A stretch of DNA of 64,000 nucleotides from Albugo candida (Eukaryota), in the NCBI GenBank assembly GCA_040437565.1, contig JBDOQK010000029.1:62001-126000 (forward strand), given 5' to 3'. This document shows, in pieces, positions 23,972 to 35,853 of the stretch. How positions within the stretch are numbered: the first letter of the stretch is position 1; each line of letters begins with the position of its first letter. A model generated the notes under the pieces. It was not told the DNA's origin, did no database searches, and saw only the letters and a program-made list of their open reading frames with translations. The position numbers and the translations under genes are program-made.

Positions 23972-25627
23972 ATGACACGCCAAAAAAAGCGACAGCGGGA
24001 TGCAGATGGTGGTGCTCAAGAAGCTTCAAGTAGCGGCACAGACCGATCTACCTCGCTGTCGAAATATGCTCATTTGAAAGCAGACTCACTGTGGTCTCAG
24101 CTACTGGGTTTGATAGAACCGTTGGACTTTTTTTCGACATATTTTGAGAAGAAACCATTGCTGATCCGCGAGAGAGGACTGAAGCGCCAACTTTTCAGCA
24201 AAAATCTATTCACACGTGATTTCTTACTGGAAATTGTCGATCAATATAATCTTTCCCACGGCGCAGATTTCATTTTATGCAAGTACATCGATTTTAAACG
24301 GATCGATTACGAAGTGCCAACACGAAAAAGTGATGCAAAAATTTGCTCGGCCATGATGAAAGCGTGTTTTCGGGATTCATATAGCTGCCAATTCTACCAG
24401 CCACAGCGGTACTCCGATGATCTCCACCGTTTGTGTGCCTCATTCGAGAATACATTTGGGTGTTTGACGGGCTCAAGTGTATATTTGACTCCACCCAAAG
24501 CGCAGGCTTTAGGACCCCATTACGATGACGTTGATGTTTTCATCCTTCAGGTCTGTGTGAAGCTCTTTAGGTTGTCAAATGATTATTGTAATCTTCTGTT
24601 CGGTTTTGTAGACAGAAGGGCGAAAAAATTGGAAATTGTATCATCCGACCTACATTCTTCCCGGAGAGCCGAGTCACGATTTGTTACCATCCGAAATTGG
24701 ACCTTTATGGATGGAATTCACTTTAGAGCAGGGCGATGTGGTAAGATAATATCTCACTTGACCTCGAGGAGAGATGACCTAAATAGCTTCAACGCGTAGT
24801 TGTATATGCCGCGAGGAGTGATACATCAAGCACAAACGGATAAGTCGGTATTTTCCACTCACGTGACAATCTCTGTATATCAACGTCAGTCATGGTCCAA
24901 TTTTATGGAGCTTGCAATGCCGCATCTCATTCGTCGCGCGTTTGCAAATAATGTTGAATTCCGACGAGGTCTTCCGCCTCAATATCTCAATTTCTTGGGA
25001 TCACAATTCCCCACCTCTACGCCATGTGTCAAAGATTTCTTTAGTACATTCAAAGATCTATTCTCCAAGTTGTCAGAGTGTTTGGAGATTCAAGATTTAC
25101 AGCATGCTGCAGACCTTGCAAGTCTGGATTACATAACTCATCGATTACCACCACCGGGCACGACCGAGTCTTCCCATGGAGCTGAGTTTTCGCTTGATGG
25201 AATGGTATTTCGTTTTCAAAATCGATCGTATATCCGTATTGTCATCTCCGATAGGGACGGAGATGATCATGTCTCAATCCTCAGTTCTACAGCGAATTGT
25301 AGACAGCATCATATGGGCGTTTGCTCATGTGACCCTGCTGATAATGAATCAGTGTCTGAAAATGCGAGTGAACCATGCGAAAGCCTGGCTTCGCTGGATC
25401 AAAGCGTATCAATGGATGAATCCAGCAATCGAGGCACACAGCCTGGATGCATTGGATTTCCAAAAGAACTTTCAGTTTATCTCATCAAACTTTATGACGC
25501 CTTCCCCCGATTTCTGAAGCTTGAGGACTTGTGTGATGCAGTATCGGATGAGATCAGTGTGCGCGGAATGCTGCTGCAGCTTTGGTCTAGTGAGCTATTG
25601 GAACTTCAGGAAGAAAAGGCTTGCTAG
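23972..25627 (+). CDS. RIOX1: JmjC (Cupin_4) ribosomal oxygenase, NO66/MINA family; exons 23972-24550, 24612-24740, 24800-25627
   Basis: FFSTYFEKKPLLI, YLTPPKAQALGPHYDDVDVFILQ/TEGRKNWKLY, LYMPRGVIHQA (HxD...H iron triad). A truncated duplicate at 23134-23657 is gap overlap. Confidence 0.88.
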
Positions 25628-25685
25628 CGAGTGTAAAAAGCAGTGAATCAATTCGATCACTCTCAAACAAAGATGCATTGTGAAT

Positions 25686-28600
25686 TTATCTGATGCAATC
25701 CATGACAATTTGACTGACTTCTGGTGATTGCGAACGAACAGCTATCTATAAAGAGCAAACAATCAGTGCGAATTGCATCAGGGCGATGGTCTATGTCACG
25801 TGCCTGAAGTATGATCTGATTAGTGGTACTGGTGTCAGCATTTAATGCCACGCGGCATTTCACCAATGCTTTCAGGTTCCCGACAAAGACGCCTGATAAT
25901 AGAATGACATGAGCATTGGCATCTGGACGAGGAATTGACGTGTTATCGCATGGTTGCATCCCCAGGTTTTCGATCACTGCAGCGACCGCTTCCACGAGAG
26001 TTTTATACTTGAGTCCGAAACTCCCTTTCACTTCAGCAGCATCTCCAAGTTGTTCCCAGGCTCCTCGGAAGTCGCTCACAGGCACCTTCGCCATGAAATC
26101 AGACGCAGCTACTTCCATATCTTCCAAAGGATACTCCTCATCGAATCCCTTTTGAACAACACACGTCATACTTTCCGCTTGAGAGAGAGAAGAAAAGTGC
26201 TTACATCATCTTCCGCCTCACCAGACGCAGTATTCACCTCGTGTACTTTGAATTTGAGCTACAAAATCGATTGGAAATCACACTTTACAGAATTGACATT
26301 TCGCATACCTCATTTGCGACCTGTACGGCAGGATAAGATCCATCACCAATGTATTCCAAGCACACATAGCAGCTTGCATTCTTTCCGTATCGAAGCTCTT
26401 TGACTGGTATTATTGAATGAATTTGCCAGATATCGTCACTGTCCAGGCTGAGATTGATGTGAATATTGCTAAGCAGTTGATCATCGACCGTGTTGGTGAC
26501 TTTATACTAAAGCTCAAATCATCAAACAGCATCGACAAAAGATAGCTCACTGACAAACCTGTAGTACAATATATCCTGGAAAGACATGCTTCACGCAGCT
26601 GACGACATACTCGGTTTCCGCTTCTGTTAGCTCGATAGGTTTGGACGATCGAAATAAGGCGCCGAGATCCGCAAATTGTGGGATCTAATGCAAAGAATGA
26701 GCGTCACATTGCATAGCCGTGTACGAGGATAGAGATGCGTACTTTGTATAGATCATTTGCAATATCTTCAGGCTGTTGTTGGATTGACGTGTCATTATCA
26801 GGTTCCTCTGCTACTTCTTCATCTGTGTTCGCGAATCGTACTACCTCGGGAGCTTCGACATGAGGAAGCGAATCAAACGTCAACGGCCCACTTGTTGGAC
26901 GAAGCTGATATTGTTCGAGGGCTAGATGAAGTGTTCCAACTTTGACTGGTAAATCCTCTACAAGTAACTCGTGCCCAGCCGGTCTGTTTTTCTCAATCAG
27001 AGAGAGATACATCGTCGCTCGGTCGCGTACTTCATCATCATCATCCAGCTTGCAACATTGGAGAAGTGAAGATATGCTTTGTGTCAGAGATTCCACCCGA
27101 ATGGCAAACTGAGATAGCGCTGATACAGCAGAAGCACGAACTGGCGCGTTCTCCAAAATGACACGATTGCGAATGAATCGAATGTATCGAGCCGGCGCGG
27201 ATGTTGTTGGCCCCTTTTGCCCAAGTACTCGCAGAATCTTGATGGATAATTGTGTGAATTCACAATCCTCGATGAATTCGCAGAGATGGAGTAAGCCGCT
27301 TTCCTTGCAGTCGGGTATTCGGTCGATCAAGAATAAAATGCTGTCTGTGATCGTCTTCTTGAACTCATAACCACCTTCTTCTCGCAAGAAATTTGCGAGG
27401 AAATTGAGCAGAACGCGATATTTTTGCGGATATTTAATGCACAAGTTTTTGATAGCTTCGACCACAACGATCTTGAATTCATCAGCTATATCACCCATAA
27501 AGGTGCTGATCTGCTTCATCAGACGATCCACGCTTGATTCCGCACCTAAAATGTCGGTCAGAGCGATGAATGCGTGGTCTGGAGAATAGGATGCAGTACC
27601 TGTCTTCAAAAGTGTCGTGATTGCCAGAGTCGCTATCGAGCGATTGGAGTCGGAGATCAAAGTTTCCAAATCATCATTGCAACGGGTAACAACCATCGGT
27701 TGTGTCAGGGCGACTTGGCTCAAAACGCGGGCAGCAGCAAAGCGTAGTGTTGGTTTCGGTGACCCCAGGAACATTTGTAACGAGGATATTGCCGGAGACA
27801 TATCACGTGCATCTACAGGTAAGACACAAATCGATCGAGCTGCTTCGAATGCAACCATCTATCAAATCTGTCTGTTAACGTCCTGCGATATTCTGGAAGC
27901 AGATACCAAATACCTACCGAGTCTTTATCTCGTAACATTTTCTCAAGATACTGATACAACGCTTGCGCATTCAAGCTCATTAAATCTTCGCGCAACAAAT
28001 TAGCTGTGTAGCGGATTAAGATGCACAGAGCCAGTGAGGAAGAAAGATTCGTCTTTTGGAGTTGAGCTATGAGCTGATTCAGTGTGTAAGTATTCAAATG
28101 TATAACGTGACTGATGTACGAGTACCTTGGAAACAGCCAATTTATCGTGGCGACGGATCTGGTATAATAAGCTGACACCATGATATTGTACCATTTTGTG
28201 AGGTGAATTGACGGCTTCCTTGACCTCATTCACCCATCGTCGAACAACCTCTGAATTATCTTGAATCAAATGCAGACCCGAAACAAGAGCCGAGCTGGCC
28301 ACAATTGCATTTCTGTCGACAATCGCCTGCAATTGCGTCCGATAAATCAAATATTCTTCAAAATGGTAGTAGGAGACCAGTGACCTGTTTTATGTATCTT
28401 TCAATCGCATTCAACATGGATCCCTAATGAGAGCATGAGATATAAGCAATACGACTTCAATTTAGATGCAAATGTACATCAATGATTCGACAAAGCACTC
28501 GCAAAGCATTTGCCCGGTATAGATCCACTTCGGAGCTCATATCCTTTGTTAGACTTTGAGTAACAATAATAACCTAAAACATCGATACAACAATTTTGAA

Positions 28601-29104
28601 AATCATTCCCCATAAGCTCCTGCCACGTGTACCTCGTCAGCCGCTGTAGCCTCTGCGACTTCTTTGATGAAGAGATACATCATTCGACGCAGGTGGGCAT
28701 CTTTGGACTGAAATAGCTTTGTCACACCAAAAAAAACATCGGTGGTCTCTTTGCTTGTGAACGGTTCCCCTTGTGTCAGAATATGCAAAAGTTTGATGAT
28801 GAGTTGACAGCACTTTTTTGGATGTTTTGTAACAGTTGTCGCGTCCGAGAATATCTTGGTTTCCTGGAGAACGGTAGCTTTATCGAGTCCCTGAAATGGA
28901 GACGCTAATGACATAGATTATCGGTATGATCTGGTCAGGATAAAGTCGTTGTATCCTCGTACCTCGATCATCTTCGTCATTTTTGAACTTTTCCTTCAGA
29001 TCCTGCATGACTGACGCAATGGAGATGGAGGTCTTAGATGTACCACTACTTGTGTGATCCAGACTCGACCCAAATGCATCCGATTCTGTGGCGATTTTCA
29101 TCAT
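25686..29104 (-). CDS. COPG: Coatomer subunit gamma (multi-exon)
   Basis: [97 protein letters not shown], ending IAVRS..DCIR*. The 5' exons are repeated at 29617-30669 by gap overlap. Confidence 0.95.
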
Positions 29105-30847
29105 GGAGACTCTCGATGCTTGTGGTCGTCTTTTGTTTGATGTTTTACACAATTGGCTCGATTAGAGTATACACATTTTCTTTGGATATAGCCCGATTTG
29201 CGGTGGGAATACATTATTTATAGACGCATTTGAATGCGCTGTAATTTATCTTCTACTCCTTTTCGCCTTTAATCCGGTTGCACTACCTAACTTTCGTAGC
29301 AGTTGTAGAGTGAGCCATTTCGAAAATCTGGAACATAAAAGTGAGAAGAGGATAAGGCGATAGAAGTATATTTGATAAAGTGACTCGACCCGAAAATAGA
29401 GAAATTGAATGCCGCCGATTGCTGTGTATCCAGAGTAGAGTAATCACACGCAATCGCCAGTAATAAGAACTGAAATGAAAGCAAGGCAATAGAATCATTT
29501 TTGGGGATTGCAATTGNNNNNNNNNNNNNNNNNNNNNNNNNNNNNNNNNNNNNNNNNNNNNNNNNNNNNNNNNNNNNNNNNNNNNNNNNNNNNNNNNNNN
29601 NNNNNNNNNNNNNNNNTCTTTTGGAGTTGAGCTATGAGCTGATTCAGTGTGTAAGTATTCAAATGTATAACGTGACTGATGTACGAGTACCTTGGAAACA
29701 GCCAATTTATCGTGGCGACGGATCTGGTATAATAAGCTGACACCATGATATTGTACCATTTTGTGAGGTGAATTGACGGCTTCCTTGACCTCATTCACCC
29801 ATCGTCGAACAACCTCTGAATTATCTTGAATCAAATGCAGACCCGAAACAAGAGCCGAGCTGGCCACAATTGCATTTCTGTCGACAATCGCCTGCAATTG
29901 CGTCCGATAAATCAAATATTCTTCAAAATGGTAGTAGGAGACCAGTGACCTGTTTTATGTATCTTTCAATCGCATTCAACATGGATCCCTAATGAGAGCA
30001 TGAGATATAAGCAATACGACTTCAATTTAGATGCAAATGTACATCAATGATTCGACAAAGCACTCGCAAAGCATTTGCCCGGTATAGATCCACTTCGGAG
30101 CTCATATCCTTTGTTAGACTTTGAGTAACAATAATAACCTAAAACATCGATACAACAATTTTGAAAATCATTCCCCATAAGCTCCTGCCACGTGTACCTC
30201 GTCAGCCGCTGTAGCCTCTGCGACTTCTTTGATGAAGAGATACATCATTCGACGCAGGTGGGCATCTTTGGACTGAAATAGCTTTGTCACACCAAAAAAA
30301 ACATCGGTGGTCTCTTTGCTTGTGAACGGTTCCCCTTGTGTCAGAATATGCAAAAGTTTGATGATGAGTTGACAGCACTTTTTTGGATGTTTTGTAACAG
30401 TTGTCGCGTCCGAGAATATCTTGGTTTCCTGGAGAACGGTAGCTTTATCGAGTCCCTGAAATGGAGACGCTAATGACATAGATTATCGGTATGATCTGGT
30501 CAGGATAAAGTCGTTGTATCCTCGTACCTCGATCATCTTCGTCATTTTTGAACTTTTCCTTCAGATCCTGCATGACTGACGCAATGGAGATGGAGGTCTT
30601 AGATGTACCACTACTTGTGTGATCCAGACTCGACCCAAATGCATCCGATTCTGTGGCGATTTTCATCATGGAGACTCTCGATGCTTGTGGTCGTCTTTTG
30701 TTTGATGTTTTACACAATTGGCTCGATTAGAGTATACACATTTTCTTTGGATATAGCCCGATTTGCGGTGGGAATACATTATTTATAGACGCATTTGAAT
30801 GCGCTGTAATTTATCTTCTACTCCTTTTCGCCTTTAATCCGGTTGCA

Positions 30848-32176
30848 CTACCTAACTTTCGTAGCAGTTGTAGAGTGAGCCATTTCGAAAATCTGGAACA
30901 TAAAAGTGAGAAGAGGATAAGGCGATAGAAGTATATTTGATAAAGTGACTCGACCCGAAAATAGAGAAATTGAATGCCGCCGATTGCTGTGTATCCAGAG
31001 TAGAGTAATCACACGCAATCGCCAGTAATAAGAACTGAAATGAAAGCAAGGCAATAGAATCATTTTTGGGGATTGCAATTGGCGAACGTACCACCGGAAA
31101 CAATAAAGCAAACACTCCTTTGCTCACAAAATTGGGAACAAAAAAGGTCGCCAATGTGAAAGGGCTGCCAAAACCCGCAAAATACGCCCTTCAAATGCGT
31201 TTGTCAGTCCTATGAAAGTAAGAATGTCCTTTGTCAAAATCAAACCAGTTTTTCTCCAGATGCATCAACTTTCTCTCAAGTGTCCATCCAGCAAGTGACC
31301 ACTTGTACTCAAAGCAATACAACGCATACAGCCAACTGAGATGAATGAAACTCAGAGCTGGTCCGATGACTGGGATCAGATAAGACAATACTGTCTGCAG
31401 TAAAAAGAATCCCACAAGAATAGCTCGATACATCTCGTCTCTAGAAGATTTCTTTCAGCTGCCTCGAATAGAGTCAATTTGATAATATGCAACGAACCGA
31501 AGCATGTCGACGACCGGTGTGATGCGTGGTTTGCCGTGCATCTGGACGTATGCTAGTCATCAAATGGAAAGTGAGGTAAAATGTAAATGCCTCACGTTTG
31601 AATCAATAGTACCATCGTCTGCAATTTCTTGATACCAAATTGTATTAAGAATAAAGCTGATGCAGTATATTGGATACATCCAAAGGATCTATACATAGAT
31701 GTACTGGATCACCACACGTGATGAATGATTGTCGTAGTGGTAACAGAACCTGATACAAGAAGAATACAAAACCATCTATCCGGTCTCGAAATCCGCTTGC
31801 ATGTGTCGCTCTGCGAAAAAAATTGCATGACTTAGAAATATGCTTCTGCTTTGTAGCGTACGCACTCGTAAGCGAAGAAATGCTGCAAGAGCTCACCAAA
31901 CAAGTGAATGATTGGGATAACCGCTTGATCGAAGAAAAAAATGCTTCCGAGAAATATCAATCCATTCAAGATGAAGCACTAAAAGAATTGAATAAGAAAT
32001 TGTTCTCATACCGCGTTCGTATTTTGTGGCGAACAAAAGTAAATTACCTTTGCACTCGCCAAACAAAGAAACTTTGAATTGACATAAAATAGAATTATGC
32101 GGTGCAATGAAATCGCGTGCATAATGCCGTCGCAGTATTCACGAAATGCAGCGCTGCATGACTCGGAGATCCCCAT
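30848..32176 (-). CDS. EI24: EI24 (etoposide-induced 2.4) family membrane protein, multi-exon
   Basis: LLNSFFSASSWM, YPIYCISFILNTIWYQEIAD, SWLYALYCFEYKW, AYFAGFG.P...GVFALLFP. The 3' end is approximate. Confidence 0.85.
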
Positions 32177-32514
32177 TTAGATGCTTAAGTTGCAAGAAAC
32201 CTACGTTAAGTTCTGGCACGACACTACTCAATTTGTGAACAAACGCGCTGCAATCGGCATCTCTGTCAATGCATGCATCGCACCGGTTCACATACCACAC
32301 ACGATCACTGCTCGGTGTCAGATAACACTCGAGAATTTTTCACTTTTCGTGGACAAAGCCGCTGGCACTAGACCTTCACATGTACATGCGATTGTTACTC
32401 GAAGGTATCCCACGATGTCACGTCCTTTATTCGGCTGTGTCGAGTACACGAATATTTCTTCCTCGTCCAGTCATTATTTTACAGCATTTCCATCTAGCCA
32501 ACTGAAAGTGGAAA

Positions 32515-35500
32515 ATGCAAGCTTCAGCTGGATACAACCCGCAGCAGCTGGAAACCTGTATTCTGCAGCTAACGCAGGCTGACACAAACCAAATCAAACA
32601 AGCAGAAGATGCTCTGAAAATTTATATGAAGAGCTCAGCGTGTATACATGGTCTCATGACGCAGCTGGAGCATTCTTCGTACGCACAAGTTCGGCAGTAT
32701 GCAGCTATATTACTACGCAAGCGTATTTTCAAACATTGGTCCGCATTGGATGTATCAATGCAAACAAACTTGAAGCAAGTGTTGCTGCAGCGAGCTGTCC
32801 AAGAAAGTACTCGAATTGTGCGCTTTAATATCATCGACCTTGTTGCAGCAATCGCTTCTCGCGAACTACCTATGCAGAAATGGCCTGAATTGTTCTCATT
32901 TGTTACCAACTGCGCTCAGAGTACCTCAGCTGAGCTTCGTGTGATTGGAATGTATCTCTTACGGCTCTTAGCGGAGCAAGCAGGCACGTTCCTTCAGACC
33001 ATCTTTCTCGACCTCAAAGTACTCTTCACGAATGCGTTACAGGATCAAGAGAGCATCAATGTGCGTACGGCCGCAATGCGGGCCGCATGCAGCATCATTG
33101 AATATCTCGAAGATAAAGATCTTTGTGAATTTCAATCCCTTGTTCCCTTAATGATCAGTGTGTTCGAGCAATGTCTCGTGAATGGAGCAGAGCAAGAAGC
33201 AGCTGAATTTTTAGACGTATTCTCAGAAGTTGCGTCGAATCCGTACCCAATTCTCGATCAATCTTTCCCCACCTTTATTGAGATTCTACTCCAAATCTTA
33301 GCTCATGACAGATTCGATGGTACAATTCATTCTTCTGCATCCTTCGTAATGAGTGAGTTTATCAGTCGAAAACCCAAAACTATAGGCAAAATGAATTTAG
33401 TTCCCAAGATTATGACCACGATTCTGGATGTGATTGCTAGCGATGATGAAGTCTCTTGTGGACGTATTCCCGAATTACTACAGCTAGATGCTGGAAGCAA
33501 AGTCGATAATCAGGCAGAAGAAGACCAGGAATCTCTAGGATATCTGGCACAACAAATGCTTGATACGCTGGCGCTTAACGTTCCGGCGAAATATCTTAAT
33601 CCTGTGATTTTTGGTCTCTATCAGGAGTACATCACATCACCAGATGCACGCAAACGAAAGGCAGCTACATTGGCTCTAGCTATATTATCAGAGGGGTGCA
33701 GTGAGATTATGTGTAAAAACTTGGACAATCTGATAAACTCTGTCTACCAAATGGCTCAGGACAATGACCTTCACGTACGTGAGGCCGCATGTTTCGCGTT
33801 AGGACAATTCGCCGAATTTCTCCAACCCGACATCTCCAAATATTACGATCGTATTGTACCAATTTGTATTACATTGTTGAATGATACTACCAAAACGATA
33901 TGTGCGTTGGCTCTTTACGTCCTTGATGAGATCACCCAGATCATGGATTCAGAGCAAATGGCTCCTTACTTGGACTCGTTGATGACAAAACTTGTCAATG
34001 TTTCACGATCTTCATCTCCTGGTATTCAAAAAATGGCTTTGGATGCCATAGGATCCGTTGCACTCGGTGCCAAAGAAAACTTCTTGGTGTATTTCCCAGC
34101 AATAATGGAGTTGATGCAGCCGTTTTGGCATATTTCAGACTCCAGATACTTCTTTTTACGGGGTGTGGCAGTTGAGTGTGTCGGATACTTGGCTACAGCT
34201 TTGGGAAAAGATAACTTTCGACCGTATCTGGAGCCTTTGATGCCTCACGTAATAGCAACAATTCAAATCGATGATTCCGAATTAAAAGAACAAGCGTTTG
34301 TGTACCTGATCAATGTCGCTGGCATTTTTAAAGAAGAATTCGGACCTTACTTGGACGTTGCTGTCACTCATGCGCTTGCGACATTACAAAGCTCGGACGG
34401 AATTCGTTTGCTGGAAGATGAAGAGAAGAATTGGGGAGCTTCTGATGATGAGGATGAAGACAAAGCTCATCATATTAGTATCCGTACCGATGCACTCAAT
34501 TCAAAAGTCCGCGCTCTAAATGCCGTTGAAGCTTTTGCGGCTAATTGTGGTGCGTTGTTTGAGCAATATATCCCGCAATTTCTGCATGCGGTAGCTGAAT
34601 TGGTTGATTACGTACAAGAAGATGTTCGAGCTGCTGCAGTCGAAGCTCTCGCAGCGCTGGTCTTGTGCTCATTCAATGCAGCTCATCCAGGTCCTGTTGA
34701 TGAACAAGTCTGGATACGTGGGGAAGTGAACCCGAATGTGCTCACATCAAACAACAAAATAGTTTTAGATGCTGTACTGAAAGCATTCGTGGAGGACGCG
34801 TTAGAAGATCCTGAAGAGATTGTAGTGAGCAAAACTTTCGACTCTTTGAAGGCGATTTTAGAACGTGTTGGACCAACTGCTGTTGTAAATCACATCGATA
34901 CAATCATGACGCAGGTCAAGCAAGTCATTTTGCATCAACACGATTGTCAAGCAGTCCATGAGGAAGATGATGGAGACGATATGGATGGAGAGGGAAGTTC
35001 CGTGGTCACTAGTGCCACTGAACTCGTGTGCCAACTAGCTCAGTGCTATGGGGAGCATTTCCTCTCAAGTTTCCATGCAATTTTTCCGGATTTGCTCTCT
35101 TATGCAACTGGACTACGAACTACATCGGATCGTGCTTCTATCATTGGTTGCTTTGCGGAGGTGCTTCCGGCTCTTGGTCCAAATTCTATCAATTTCGTTG
35201 AGAGTTTATTCCCCGTTCTCATCCAAGGTCTAGCATCTGATCAAGCTGATTTGAAAGGGAATTGTGCTTTTTGTCTCGGAACGCTCGCCGAAATTAGCGG
35301 TGAAAAACTTACTTCAGCGTATCAGCAAATGCTACAAGCACTCCATCCGCTGTTCACAGCCGAGCGAAATGACGAACGTGTGGTCGACAATGCAGCTGCA
35401 GCAGTTGCCCGAATGATAACCACAAGTCCGACTAGCGTACCTTTGGCTCCCGTTCTTCCAGTGTTTCTGGGTGCTTTGCCGCTAAAGTCAGATTTCGAAG

Positions 35501-35754
35501 AAAATGAAGCGGTTTACAAGTGTCTTAATGGATTAGTACGTTCGAAGCACAATGACGTGCTGCAACATCTTGGCTCCATCATGGAAATATATGCCAAGTC
35601 GCTGTCTCCAGACTCCAGTGTGGACGAGGATATTCAGCAAGATATCAAGGTTTGCGTCAAGGAGCTACTTGCAGCATTTGAACCACAAGTCAAAGATGTT
35701 GTATCGCGGATGGCATTAGAGCACCAGAATGTTCTTACAACCGCATTACAATGA
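32515..35754 (+). CDS. IPO4: Importin-4 / Kap123-like karyopherin beta (HEAT repeats)
   Basis: IBN_N-like VRQYAAILLRKRI, WPELF, EGCSE, VREAACFALGQFAEFLQP, DNAAAAVARMI, LPLKSDFEE. Single 1079-aa ORF. Confidence 0.93.
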   Translation: MQASAGYNPQQLETCILQLTQADTNQIKQAEDALKIYMKSSACIHGLMTQLEHSSYAQVRQYAAILLRKRIFKHWSALDVSMQTNLKQVLLQRAVQESTRIVRFNIIDLVAAIASRELPMQKWPELFSFVTNCAQSTSAELRVIGMYLLRLLAEQAGTFLQTIFLDLKVLFTNALQDQESINVRTAAMRAACSIIEYLEDKDLCEFQSLVPLMISVFEQCLVNGAEQEAAEFLDVFSEVASNPYPILDQSFPTFIEILLQILAHDRFDGTIHSSASFVMSEFISRKPKTIGKMNLVPKIMTTILDVIASDDEVSCGRIPELLQLDAGSKVDNQAEEDQESLGYLAQQMLDTLALNVPAKYLNPVIFGLYQEYITSPDARKRKAATLALAILSEGCSEIMCKNLDNLINSVYQMAQDNDLHVREAACFALGQFAEFLQPDISKYYDRIVPICITLLNDTTKTICALALYVLDEITQIMDSEQMAPYLDSLMTKLVNVSRSSSPGIQKMALDAIGSVALGAKENFLVYFPAIMELMQPFWHISDSRYFFLRGVAVECVGYLATALGKDNFRPYLEPLMPHVIATIQIDDSELKEQAFVYLINVAGIFKEEFGPYLDVAVTHALATLQSSDGIRLLEDEEKNWGASDDEDEDKAHHISIRTDALNSKVRALNAVEAFAANCGALFEQYIPQFLHAVAELVDYVQEDVRAAAVEALAALVLCSFNAAHPGPVDEQVWIRGEVNPNVLTSNNKIVLDAVLKAFVEDALEDPEEIVVSKTFDSLKAILERVGPTAVVNHIDTIMTQVKQVILHQHDCQAVHEEDDGDDMDGEGSSVVTSATELVCQLAQCYGEHFLSSFHAIFPDLLSYATGLRTTSDRASIIGCFAEVLPALGPNSINFVESLFPVLIQGLASDQADLKGNCAFCLGTLAEISGEKLTSAYQQMLQALHPLFTAERNDERVVDNAAAAVARMITTSPTSVPLAPVLPVFLGALPLKSDFEENEAVYKCLNGLVRSKHNDVLQHLGSIMEIYAKSLSPDSSVDEDIQQDIKVCVKELLAAFEPQVKDVVSRMALEHQNVLTTALQ

Positions 35755-35853
35755 TCAAATTCCGATAGATTTTGCAATGCGAATAGATTATTTTCATTGA
35801 AAAGTTGCTTGAATGTGTCCCATAGTCTCGCGATCTTAAAAGGTCATTAAGCA

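Noticed and set aside
31823..32582. Plus-strand ORFs 31823-32077 and 32181-32582, and many other short ORFs in the track
   Set aside because: They are antisense or alternate-frame shadows of identified genes, or promoter-region ORFs without motifs.
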